Assembly: GCA_035462545.1 (NCBI GenBank)
Contig: DATHUE010000191.1
Coordinates: forward strand, 1 to 41,223
Direction: 5' to 3'
DNA: 41,223 nucleotides
From: Solirubrobacterales bacterium
Lineage (GTDB): Bacteria; Actinomycetota; Thermoleophilia; Solirubrobacterales; 70-9
Position 1 is the stretch's first letter; every line of letters starts with the position of its first letter. A model generated the notes under the pieces. That model saw only the letters and a list, made by a program, of their open reading frames with translations, did no database searches and was not told where the DNA came from. Position numbers and translations under genes: made by a program. Shown here piece by piece: positions 34,087-41,223 of this stretch.

Positions 34087-35119
34087 GCGAGTGGACGCGG
34101 TCGCGGAGGACCGCGAGGCTGGCCGAGTAGTTCTGGATCCGGTAGCTGCTGGTGGCGCCGAAGTCCTGGTAGTAGACGAGCATCTTGCAGCGCTTGCGCT
34201 TCTCGACCCAGTCGAACAGGCCGCGGACGAACTCGGGATCGTCGCCCGCTTCGACGCCCCACTCGGTGATCGCGAAGGGCTTGCCGCGGAAGCGGTTGTA
34301 GAGGCCGGTCAGCGCCTTCCATTCCGGATAGGAGGCGTAGAAGTCGGTGCCGACCCAGTCGACCCAGCGCGAGCCGGGGTAGAAATGGCGGGGTCGGTTG
34401 TGGGGGACGGTCGGCGAGCCGGCCGGCAGCGGGCTCCAGACCACCGCGACCGGTGCCTTCGGCAGGGCGCGGACGTCGACCTGCAGCGGCGGCAGCCCCG
34501 CTTCCCTCAGCCGCTTGTCGATCTCACCCTTCCTGCCGCCGCCGTGGACGAGCACGTAGATGCGGCGGAAGGCGCGTTTGTAGGCGCGGGTGCTGTGGGC
34601 GCCGCCGCGGGAGGCGCCGGCGCAGTCGTAGGCGGCGTAGAGGTTGAGGCAGCGGTTGGGCTCGCCCAGCGGCCGGATGTAGACCCGCATCTTCTTTGAC
34701 CAGAAGAGCTTGTTGAGGCGGACCAGGTAGCGGTCGCCGCCGCCCAGGGCGATCGCCCGCGGGGTGATGATCTCGCTGCCGTTGCCGTCGGCGGTCGTGA
34801 TGTGGAGCATCGGCCGGGCGCGAGCGGTCTGCCAGCGTTCGATCGAGTCGGGGAAGTCGCTCCCCCAGGGCCGGAAGCTCTGGATCACCGCCGGGTGCTT
34901 GTTCACCGCGTCGCTGAACTGGCCGAAATGCGCCATGTCGCCGGTGTCGGAGACGCCGAAGAGAACCTTGCCGGGCCGCGGTTCGAGCGGCGCGGAGGCC
35001 GCGGCCGGCGCGGCGCAGGCGAGCACGGCGAGCAAGACCGCGAACAGCGCCGTCCCCGCGGTCGCCGCCTTTCGCCGAGTCGCCATCCGCGTTCTCTTCG
35101 ACCGTCGCTGCCGGTTCAC
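34007..35119 (-). CDS. Secreted glycoside hydrolase family 26-like protein
   Basis: A signal peptide with a basic n-region is present (AATAGTALFAVLLAVLACAAPAAASA). The blocks YIRPLGEPN, WVDWVGTDFY and FAITEWGVE are GH26-like, with candidate acid/base and nucleophile Glu residues. The assignment was made by eye. Confidence 0.6.
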   Translation of the reverse strand: MNRQRRSKRTRMATRRKAATAGTALFAVLLAVLACAAPAAASAPLEPRPGKVLFGVSDTGDMAHFGQFSDAVNKHPAVIQSFRPWGSDFPDSIERWQTARARPMLHITTADGNGSEIITPRAIALGGGDRYLVRLNKLFWSKKMRVYIRPLGEPNRCLNLYAAYDCAGASRGGAHSTRAYKRAFRRIYVLVHGGGRKGEIDKRLREAGLPPLQVDVRALPKAPVAVVWSPLPAGSPTVPHNRPRHFYPGSRWVDWVGTDFYASYPEWKALTGLYNRFRGKPFAITEWGVEAGDDPEFVRGLFDWVEKRKRCKMLVYYQDFGATSSYRIQNYSASLAVLRDRVHSPTYPSYAPGAPRLPPPPPGGIGTPKG

Positions 35120-35237
35120 CTTCCTCTCAACCGCCGCCGCGGCCCGGTGGCGCGGTCCTCGCCTCGAGGTCCAAACGGGGTTTCGGGATCGGGGTTTGGG
35201 GGAGAAGGCCTATGTAAAGCAGCGACGAGGAGGAGAG

Positions 35238-35513
35238 ATGTCGACGCTTGCAGTAATCGCAATTGTCGTGGCAGCGCTGATCGTGATCGCCCTGATCGTG
35301 TCGGCGGCCCGGCGCAAGAGCCGCCAGCGGGAACTCGGTCATGTACAGGCCGAGGCCCAGCACGATGACGTCCGCCATCATCGCGAGCGGGCGGGCGAGC
35401 GCCGCACGGAGGCGGCGATCTCCGAGGAGAAAGCCAAGCGGGCGCAGGTCGAGGCGGAGTTGGACGAAGAGCGAGCCCGCCGGCGCGAGCAGGAGCTGGG
35501 CGATAGAGAGTGA
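35238..35513 (+). CDS. Small single-pass membrane protein with charged coiled-coil tail (91 aa)
   Basis: ATG 35238 follows GAGGAGGAG. The sequence is MSTLAVIAIVVAALIVIALIVSAARRK followed by a Glu/Arg/Ala-rich helix. The long 249 aa track ORF upstream of this ATG is antisense to the GH26-like gene. Confidence 0.6.
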   Translation: MSTLAVIAIVVAALIVIALIVSAARRKSRQRELGHVQAEAQHDDVRHHRERAGERRTEAAISEEKAKRAQVEAELDEERARRREQELGDRE

Positions 35514-35541
35514 GCGTTCGAGGGCCGGCGAGCCTTTGGGG

Positions 35542-37101
35542 CTAGTCCTCTGGCGCCACCGCTTGCTCGGCGACGATCGCCAGGACCTCGTCGGCGTACT
35601 TGGCGATGAAGCTCGGGCCGACGCCCGAGATCGCCAGTAGCGATTCTTTGTCCGCTGGGCGGGCGGCGACGATCGCGGCGAGGGTCTTGTTGGCGGCGAC
35701 GGTGTAGGCGGGCTTGCCGTCGGCCGCCTGCAGCCGCCACGCTTTCAGCGCCTCGAACAGCGGCGCGTCCTCGGGGCCGAGCTCCGGCGGTGGCGCTGCG
35801 CCTGAGCTGCCGCTTCGCCCCGTCCGCCGCACCGCGATCGTCTCCGGGTCGGGCAGCCCGTTGCCGGGATCGCAGACGTCGCAGCAGCGGTCCAGCGGCG
35901 CCCCCGCCAGATCGTCGCCGAAGTGGTCGAGCAGGGCGCGGCGGCGGCAGCGCTCGTCGTAGATGAAGGACTTGATCGTCTTGTAGTCGCGCCAGCCGCG
36001 CTCGTAGGCGATCGCCAGCTCGGGGTCGCCGGCCCGCTGTTCGTTGAAGCGCAGCAGCCGGCCGAGGTCGGTCTTCAGCGCCAGCAGGATCGCCCGGGCC
36101 GGCTGCCCGTCGCGCCCGGCGCGTCCCGCCTCGTGGTAGTAGGCCTCGAGGCTGGTCGGGATCGCCACGTGCCAGACCGAGCGCACGTCGGCCTTGTCGA
36201 CCCCCATCCCGAAGGCGTTGGTGGCGACGATCACCTCGGTCTCGCCGGTCATGAACCGCTCCTGGGTCGAGCTGCGGTCCTCGGACGCCATCCCGGCGTG
36301 GTAGGCGAGCGCTCCGAAGCCGGCCTCGCGCAGCGCCCCGGCGACCTCGTCGCAGTCGCGGCGGGTGCCGCAGTAGACGATCGCCGGCCGCTGCGCCTCC
36401 TCCCGCAACCCGTGCTCGACCAGCGCCAGGCGCCGCGCCTTCGAGCCCTTGCCTTCCAGCGCGACGACGTCGAAGGAGATGTTGGGACGGTCGAAGCCGG
36501 AGCGGACCTGGAGCGGGTCGCGCATCTCGAAGCGGCTGGCGATCTCCCGTGCCACCGCGACCGTCGCCGTCGCCGTGCAGGCCATCACCGTCGGCCGGCC
36601 GAGCCGCTCGGCGATCTCCGGCAGCCGCAGGTAGTCGGGCCGGAAGTCGTGGCCCCACTCGGAGACGCAGTGCGCCTCGTCGACCGCGAGCAGGTCGATC
36701 TGCCGGCGCCCGATCGCCTCCAGGAACCGCGGCGAGGCGAAGCGCTCCGGCGAGCAGTAGACGATCCGCGCGAAGCCGTCGCTGACCTCGGCCAGGGCGC
36801 GGGCGCTGTTCTCGTCCGACATCCCCGAGGCGATCATCGTCACCGGGTGCCCGGCCAGCCGCAGCCGCCGCGCCTGGTCGCGCATCAGGGCGATCAGCGG
36901 GCTGACGACGATCGTCAGGTCCTCGCCGGCCAGCCCCGGCAGCTGGTAGCAAAGGCTCTTGCCGCCGCCGGTCGGCATCACGATCAGCGAGTCGCGGCCC
37001 TCCAACGCCGCCTCGACCGCCTCCCGCTGCCCCACCCGCCAGTGGTCGAACCCGAGCTTGGCCAGCAGCTCGTCGGCCCTCTCGTGCGCCGCCGTGGTCA
37101 C
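35542..37101 (-). CDS. recQ: RecQ-family ATP-dependent DNA helicase (short form with HRDC-like C-terminus)
   Basis: Matching blocks are VMPTGGGKSLCYQLP, LAVDEAHCVSEWGHDFRPDY, IVATNAFGMGVDKADVR and YYHEAGRAGRDG. A Zn-binding Cys cluster is present (CRRRALLDHFGD...CCDVCD). The C-terminal HRDC-like segment is AYTVAANKTLAAI. Confidence 0.9.
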   Translation of the reverse strand: MTTAAHERADELLAKLGFDHWRVGQREAVEAALEGRDSLIVMPTGGGKSLCYQLPGLAGEDLTIVVSPLIALMRDQARRLRLAGHPVTMIASGMSDENSARALAEVSDGFARIVYCSPERFASPRFLEAIGRRQIDLLAVDEAHCVSEWGHDFRPDYLRLPEIAERLGRPTVMACTATATVAVAREIASRFEMRDPLQVRSGFDRPNISFDVVALEGKGSKARRLALVEHGLREEAQRPAIVYCGTRRDCDEVAGALREAGFGALAYHAGMASEDRSSTQERFMTGETEVIVATNAFGMGVDKADVRSVWHVAIPTSLEAYYHEAGRAGRDGQPARAILLALKTDLGRLLRFNEQRAGDPELAIAYERGWRDYKTIKSFIYDERCRRRALLDHFGDDLAGAPLDRCCDVCDPGNGLPDPETIAVRRTGRSGSSGAAPPPELGPEDAPLFEALKAWRLQAADGKPAYTVAANKTLAAIVAARPADKESLLAISGVGPSFIAKYADEVLAIVAEQAVAPED

Positions 37102-37116
37102 CGGACGATCGATCCT

Positions 37117-38541
37117 CTAGAAGCCGAGCACGCCGCTCGACACCGGCTCGGGCAGCCACGGCTCCGACCACTGGCAGATGCCGCGGGTCAGGTCGTCGGC
37201 CTGCGGCGGTCCCCAGGTCCCCGGCTCGTAGGGATGGACCGGCCCCGGCTCGTCGAGCAGCGGCTGCACCACGCGCCAGGTCTCCTCGATCGCGTCCTGC
37301 CGGGTGAAGAGCTGGTGGTCGCCGGCGAGCGCGTCGCCGAGCAGGCGCTCGTAGGGCTCGGGCTCGGACCCCGGCACCTTCTCGAACAGCACCTCGAGGT
37401 CGGCCGGCTCGAACGCCTCCTCGCCGGCCTTCTTCGCGAACAGCCGCATCCGCGAGCCCGGCTGCGGCTCGATCCGGACCGTCATCTGGTTCGCCTCCGG
37501 GGTGCGGCCGTGGCCGATCCCGAGGTTCGGCGGCCGCTTGAAGACGACGCTCACCTCACTCGCCTTCGCCGGCATGCACTTGCCGGCGCGGACGAAGAAC
37601 GGCACCCCGGCCCAGCGCCAGTTGTCGACCTCGAGCTCGACCGCGGCGAAGGTCTCGGTGGTCGAGCCGGGGTCGACGTCCTCGACGTCGAGGAAGCCCT
37701 CGTACTGGCCGCGCACGTAGCGCTGCGGGTCGGCGGCCCGCATCGCCTTGAAGAATTCGAGCTTCTTGTCGCGGATCGAGTCGCGGTGGTTGCCGGTCGG
37801 CGGCCCCATCCCGACCAGCGCCAGCACCTGCAGGGCGTGGTTCTGGATCACGTCGCGCATCGCCCCGACCGCGTCGTAGAAGCGGCCGCGGTCGTCGACC
37901 CCGAAGTCCTCGGCGATCGTCATCTGCACGTGGGAGACGTGCTCGCGATTCCAGACCGGCTCCAGCAGCGAGTTGACGAACCGCAGGTAGGTGATGTCCA
38001 TCACCGGCTCCTTGCCGAGGTAATGGTCGATGCGGAGGATCTGGTGCTCGTCCAGCACCGAGCAGAGCTGCGCGTTCAGCGCCCGCGCCGATTCGAGGTC
38101 GTGGCCGAACGGCTTCTCGATCACGACGTGGGCGTTCTCGGTCAGGCCGGCGTTGCCGAGGCCCTCGACCACGGTGGCGAACAGCGAGGGCGGGATCTCC
38201 AGGTAGAAGACCGGCCGCTCGGCCCTGTCGATCGCCTTCGCCACCTTCTCGAAGGTGGCCGCATCGGCGTAGTCGCCCTGGATGTAGGAGAGCCGCTGGG
38301 CGAGCCGCTCCAGCACCTCTTCGTCGGGCTCGGAGACGGTGCCGGTGACGGCGTCGCGGGCGTGGCGGCGCAGCTCCTCGTCGTCCCATTCGTCGATTGC
38401 GACGCCGACGATCGGGCAGCTCAGCCGGCCCCGCGCCTCCAGCCGGTACAGCGCCCGGAAGGTCATTTTCTTCGCCAGGTCGCCGCTGATCCCGAAGATC
38501 GTCAGCACGTCGGCGGCGGCGTCGTGGCGGGCCATGCTCAT
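37117..38541 (-). CDS. zwf: Glucose-6-phosphate dehydrogenase
   Basis: Matching blocks are IFGISGDLAKKMTF, EKPFGHD and RIDHYLGKE. The segment NHALQVLALV is also present. The length is 474 aa. Confidence 0.95.
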   Translation of the reverse strand: MSMARHDAAADVLTIFGISGDLAKKMTFRALYRLEARGRLSCPIVGVAIDEWDDEELRRHARDAVTGTVSEPDEEVLERLAQRLSYIQGDYADAATFEKVAKAIDRAERPVFYLEIPPSLFATVVEGLGNAGLTENAHVVIEKPFGHDLESARALNAQLCSVLDEHQILRIDHYLGKEPVMDITYLRFVNSLLEPVWNREHVSHVQMTIAEDFGVDDRGRFYDAVGAMRDVIQNHALQVLALVGMGPPTGNHRDSIRDKKLEFFKAMRAADPQRYVRGQYEGFLDVEDVDPGSTTETFAAVELEVDNWRWAGVPFFVRAGKCMPAKASEVSVVFKRPPNLGIGHGRTPEANQMTVRIEPQPGSRMRLFAKKAGEEAFEPADLEVLFEKVPGSEPEPYERLLGDALAGDHQLFTRQDAIEETWRVVQPLLDEPGPVHPYEPGTWGPPQADDLTRGICQWSEPWLPEPVSSGVLGF

Positions 38542-38600
38542 CAGCCGCGCAGGCTACCGCCTAGGATGGGCGCCACCGTCCCCGCGCAGAGGAGGATTTG

Positions 38601-39617
38601 ATGCAACTCGGAATCGTCGGCCTCGGCCGGATGGGCGCCAACATGGCGCGGCGCCTGATGCGGGACGGTCACGAGATCGTCGCCTACGACGTCAACCCGG
38701 ATGCCGTGACGGCGCTGGCCGGCGAGGGCGCGACCGGCGCCGATTCGCTCGCCGACCTGGCCGCGAAGCTGAGCGCGCCGCGGGCGGTCTGGGTGATGGT
38801 CCCGGCCGGCGGGATCACCGAGCAGACGGTCGAGGACGTTGCCGCCGTGCTCGAGTCCGGCGACGCGATCGTCGACGGCGGCAACTCCTACTACCGCGAC
38901 GACATCCGCCGCGCCGCCAAGGTGGGGGAGAAGGGGATCGACTACGTCGATTGCGGCACCAGCGGCGGTGTCTTCGGCCTCGAGCGCGGCTACTGCCTGA
39001 TGATCGGCGGGCCCGACGAGGCGGTGCGGCGGCTCGACCCGATCTTCGCCTCGCTGGCGCCGGGGGTGGACGCGGCCGAGCGCACGCCAGGTCGCTCCGG
39101 CGACCCGTCACCGTCGGAGAACGGCTACCTGCACTGCGGCCCGAACGGGGCTGGCCACTTCGTGAAGATGGTCCACAACGGGATCGAGTACGGGGTGATG
39201 GCGGCCTACGCCGAGGGGCTCAACATCCTCAAAAACGCCAACGCCGGCAAGGTCGAGCGCGAGGCCGACGCGGAGACGGCGCCGCTCGACCATCCCGAGT
39301 ACTACCAGTACGACCTCGACCTGCCGGAGGTGACCGAGGTCTGGCGGCGCGGCAGCGTGATCGGCTCCTGGCTGCTCGACCTGACCGCGGCGGCGATGCA
39401 GGGGTCGCCCGGCCTGGACGAGTTCAGCGGCCGCGTCTCCGATTCCGGCGAGGGCCGCTGGACGGCGATCGCCTCGATCGACGAGGGGGTGCCGGCGCCG
39501 GTCCTGACCGCTGCCCTGCAGGAGCGCTTCTACTCGCGCGGGCTCGGCGACTTCGGCGACAAGGTGCTGTCGGCGATGCGCAAGCAGTTCGGCGGCCACG
39601 ACGAGAAGTCGAGCTAG
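38601..39617 (+). CDS. gnd: 6-phosphogluconate dehydrogenase, decarboxylating (short ~340 aa form)
   Basis: The start MQLGIVGLGRMGANMARRL follows GAGGAGGA. Further blocks are DGGNSYY, CGPNGAGHFVKMVHNGIEYG and GSWLLDL. Confidence 0.9.
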   Translation: MQLGIVGLGRMGANMARRLMRDGHEIVAYDVNPDAVTALAGEGATGADSLADLAAKLSAPRAVWVMVPAGGITEQTVEDVAAVLESGDAIVDGGNSYYRDDIRRAAKVGEKGIDYVDCGTSGGVFGLERGYCLMIGGPDEAVRRLDPIFASLAPGVDAAERTPGRSGDPSPSENGYLHCGPNGAGHFVKMVHNGIEYGVMAAYAEGLNILKNANAGKVEREADAETAPLDHPEYYQYDLDLPEVTEVWRRGSVIGSWLLDLTAAAMQGSPGLDEFSGRVSDSGEGRWTAIASIDEGVPAPVLTAALQERFYSRGLGDFGDKVLSAMRKQFGGHDEKSS

Positions 39618-39627
39618 GAGCTCCGCG

Positions 39628-40296
39628 ATGGGGCTCAAGGCCGAGGTCTTCCCGAGCGCGAACGAAGCCTCGCAGCGGGCGGCCGACCTGGTCGCCGCCG
39701 CGGGCCGTGAGGCGGTCGCGGCCCGCGGCGAGTTCAACCTCGGCCTCAGCGGCGGCCAGACGCCCTGGCGGATGATCGGCGTGCTCGGCGACGACACCGA
39801 GATGCCCTGGGAGCAGACCCAGATCTTCCAGGTCGACGAGCGGGTGGCGCCGCCGGGCAGCGACGAGCGCAACCTCACCCACCTGATCCAGATGCTCTCG
39901 ATCTCCCACCAGCCGGCGGTGCGGCCGATGCCGGTCACCAGTCGTGACCTCGACGCCGCCGCCGGCCAGTACGAAGAGCAGTTGCCGGAGTGGCTCGACC
40001 TCGTCCACCTCGGGCTCGGCCCCGACGGCCACACCGCCTCGCTGGTCCCCGGCGACCCGGTGCTGGAGGTCGAGGACCGCCGGGTCGCGGTCACCGCCGG
40101 CGAGTACCAGGGGAACCGCCGGATGACGATGACCTACCCGGAGCTGGCGCGAGCGCGGAAGGTGCTGTGGCTGGTGCTGGGGGAGAAGAGCCGCGAGGCG
40201 CTGGCGCGGCTGCGCGAGGGCGATCGCTCGATCCCGGCCGGCCGGGTCGAGAACGAGGAGATGGTGCTGGTCACCGACGAGGCGGCGGTGGTCTGA
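39628..40296 (+). CDS. pgl: 6-phosphogluconolactonase
   Basis: Matching blocks are FNLGLSGGQTP, QVDERVAP and LGLGPDGHTASLVPG. It lies immediately downstream of gnd. Confidence 0.9.
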   Translation: MGLKAEVFPSANEASQRAADLVAAAGREAVAARGEFNLGLSGGQTPWRMIGVLGDDTEMPWEQTQIFQVDERVAPPGSDERNLTHLIQMLSISHQPAVRPMPVTSRDLDAAAGQYEEQLPEWLDLVHLGLGPDGHTASLVPGDPVLEVEDRRVAVTAGEYQGNRRMTMTYPELARARKVLWLVLGEKSREALARLREGDRSIPAGRVENEEMVLVTDEAAVV

Positions 40297-40328
40297 AAGG
40301 GCGCGGGGCAACGGATCGACCAACCTTC

Positions 40329-40346
40329 GTTAGCGTATTCGCTAAC
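40329..40346. promoter_or_regulatory. Inverted repeat GTTAGCG-tatt-CGCTAAC, candidate operator upstream of the XRE-HTH gene
   Basis: The two perfect 7-bp arms end 9 nt before ATG 40355. The repeat lies in a locally AT-richer patch (cgttagcgtattcgctaacatc). Confidence 0.4.
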
Positions 40347-40354
40347 ATCGCTCC

Positions 40355-40687
40355 ATGGCACCCCAGGCCCTCCTGCAAGAGATCCAGCGCGCCAGCGGGC
40401 TCAGCCAGGCGGAGCTGGCGCGGCGGGCCGGCATCCCGCGCTCCGTTCTCAACGTCTATCTCCATGGGCACCGCGAGCCCGGCGCCGACGCCCTGCGGCG
40501 CATCGCCGCTGCAGGGGGCTTCAGCCTCGGGCTGACGCCGCGGCGGCCGCCGGTCGACGAGGAGCGCGCCAGCAGGATCCTCATGCAGGTGCTGGAGTTG
40601 GCGGAGGCGCTGCCCTATCGGCCTCGTGCCGAACCCGACCACCCGTCGCTGAGGGAGCAGCTGGCCGCACGGGGGGCGACGGTTTGA
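40355..40687 (+). CDS. XRE-family helix-turn-helix protein (110 aa)
   Basis: The HTH_3 pattern is present (LLQEIQRASGLSQAELARRAGIPRSVLNVYLHGHREPGADALRRIA), followed by a ~50 aa C-terminal extension. Confidence 0.8.
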   Translation: MAPQALLQEIQRASGLSQAELARRAGIPRSVLNVYLHGHREPGADALRRIAAAGGFSLGLTPRRPPVDEERASRILMQVLELAEALPYRPRAEPDHPSLREQLAARGATV

Positions 40688-41223
40688 GCGAGCTGGTCGA
40701 GAAGCTGTTCGCGATCCACCGAGCGTTGGAGGCCGCGTCGCTACCGCACGCCTTCGGCGGCGCTCTTGCCCTGGCCTACTGCGTCGAGGAGCCGCGCGGC
40801 ACCCGCGACCTCGACGTCAACGTGTTCTGCGACGCGGCCGCTGCGAAGAAGGTCCTGGCGGCACTGCCGGAAGGGGTGAGGGTCGAGCCCGGTGACGCGG
40901 AGAAGATCGAGCGGGATGGCCAGGCGCGCCTGTTCTGGGACGGCGTTCCGGTCGACCTCTTCCTCAACAACCTGCCGCTGCACGACGACGTCGCCGCCGC
41001 GGTCGTTTGGGTCTCGCTCGAGGGACGGAAGGTGCCGATGCTGGACTGCGCCTCCCTGGTCGTCTTCAAGGCGCTCTTCAACCGCACCAAGGACTGGGCC
41101 GACATCGAGGCGATCGCCGAAGCGACTCCCGGGGACGTCGAGGCGGCCGCCGTAACCCTGGCCGACCTGGTCGGCGAAGCCGACCCGGCCGGCCAGCGCC
41201 TGGCATCTCTGCGGCCGAGTGGT
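40684..41223 (+). CDS. Nucleotidyltransferase-fold protein (Pol-beta superfamily; AbiEii/MNT-like), partial, runs off the right edge
   Basis: This ORF is absent from the track because it has no stop in the window. TTG 40684 overlaps the HTH gene's TGA (a TTGA junction). Translation gives LSELVEKLFAIHRALEAASLPHAFGGALALAYCVEEPRGTRDLDVNVF..., which is the GGxAxxxxxxxxRxTxDxDxxV NTase signature. The frame stays open for all 180 codons to the window end. Confidence 0.55.
   Translation, partial: MSELVEKLFAIHRALEAASLPHAFGGALALAYCVEEPRGTRDLDVNVFCDAAAAKKVLAALPEGVRVEPGDAEKIERDGQARLFWDGVPVDLFLNNLPLHDDVAAAVVWVSLEGRKVPMLDCASLVVFKALFNRTKDWADIEAIAEATPGDVEAAAVTLADLVGEADPAGQRLASLRPSG

Noticed and set aside
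35923-38601. 892 aa plus-strand ORF antisense to recQ and zwf (likewise 25909..27915 +, 27548..29467 + and 5182..6714 -)
   Set aside because: The reasoning is the same. The opposite strand encodes proteins with diagnostic helicase, G6PDH, MFS and oxygenase motifs, and these products are Arg/Asp/Gly/Pro repeats.
1-41223. Search for CRISPR arrays, tandem repeats, IS elements, integrases/transposases, rRNA and prophage structural genes
   Set aside because: I saw no regularly spaced direct repeats and no DDE, tyrosine or serine recombinase motifs in any long ORF. No rRNA-like stretches are present. The three tRNAs are single and unlinked.

Overview
This is a 41.2 kb stretch of very GC-rich bacterial chromosome. 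Typical 60-nt lines are about 67-78% GC by hand count. The gene content, the frequent GTG/TTG starts and an apparent leaderless promoter suggest Actinomycetota, possibly Thermoleophilia/Solirubrobacterales-like; this is inference only. I support about 45 protein-coding genes, 3 tRNAs, several hairpins/terminators and 2 probable pseudogenes. Most of the window is ordinary core or semi-core: 7Fe ferredoxin, Mrp/ApbC, cyclophilin, PadR plus carotenoid oxygenase, a K+ channel, pyruvate kinase, a crotonase plus hotdog thioesterase, YihY, beta-carbonic anhydrase, two DHA2 MFS pumps flanking a metallophosphoesterase, an MBL hydrolase, RecQ, zwf/gnd/pgl, and several secreted hydrolases. The best candidate for something undescribed is a ~1.8 kb lower-GC islet immediately 3' of tRNA-Arg(ACG), at 19084-20848. 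It carries an orphan 230-265 aa protein. Divergent from it is a Phd/YefM-like gene followed by two small overlapping ORFs, with no recognisable canonical toxin. Secondary accessory signals are listed below.
- An AAA_14/DUF4143-type ATPase sits behind a 24% GC near-consensus leaderless promoter that abuts a truncated, frameshifted membrane-protein gene.
- An XRE-HTH/nucleotidyltransferase pair with a TTGA start/stop overlap runs off the right edge.
- An in-frame TAG interrupts the most conserved motif of the cyclophilin gene.
- A dense cluster of palindromes lies in an otherwise empty 314 bp intergenic region.
No CRISPR array, integrase, transposase or rRNA was seen. All family assignments come from reading motifs by eye, and no database search was run.
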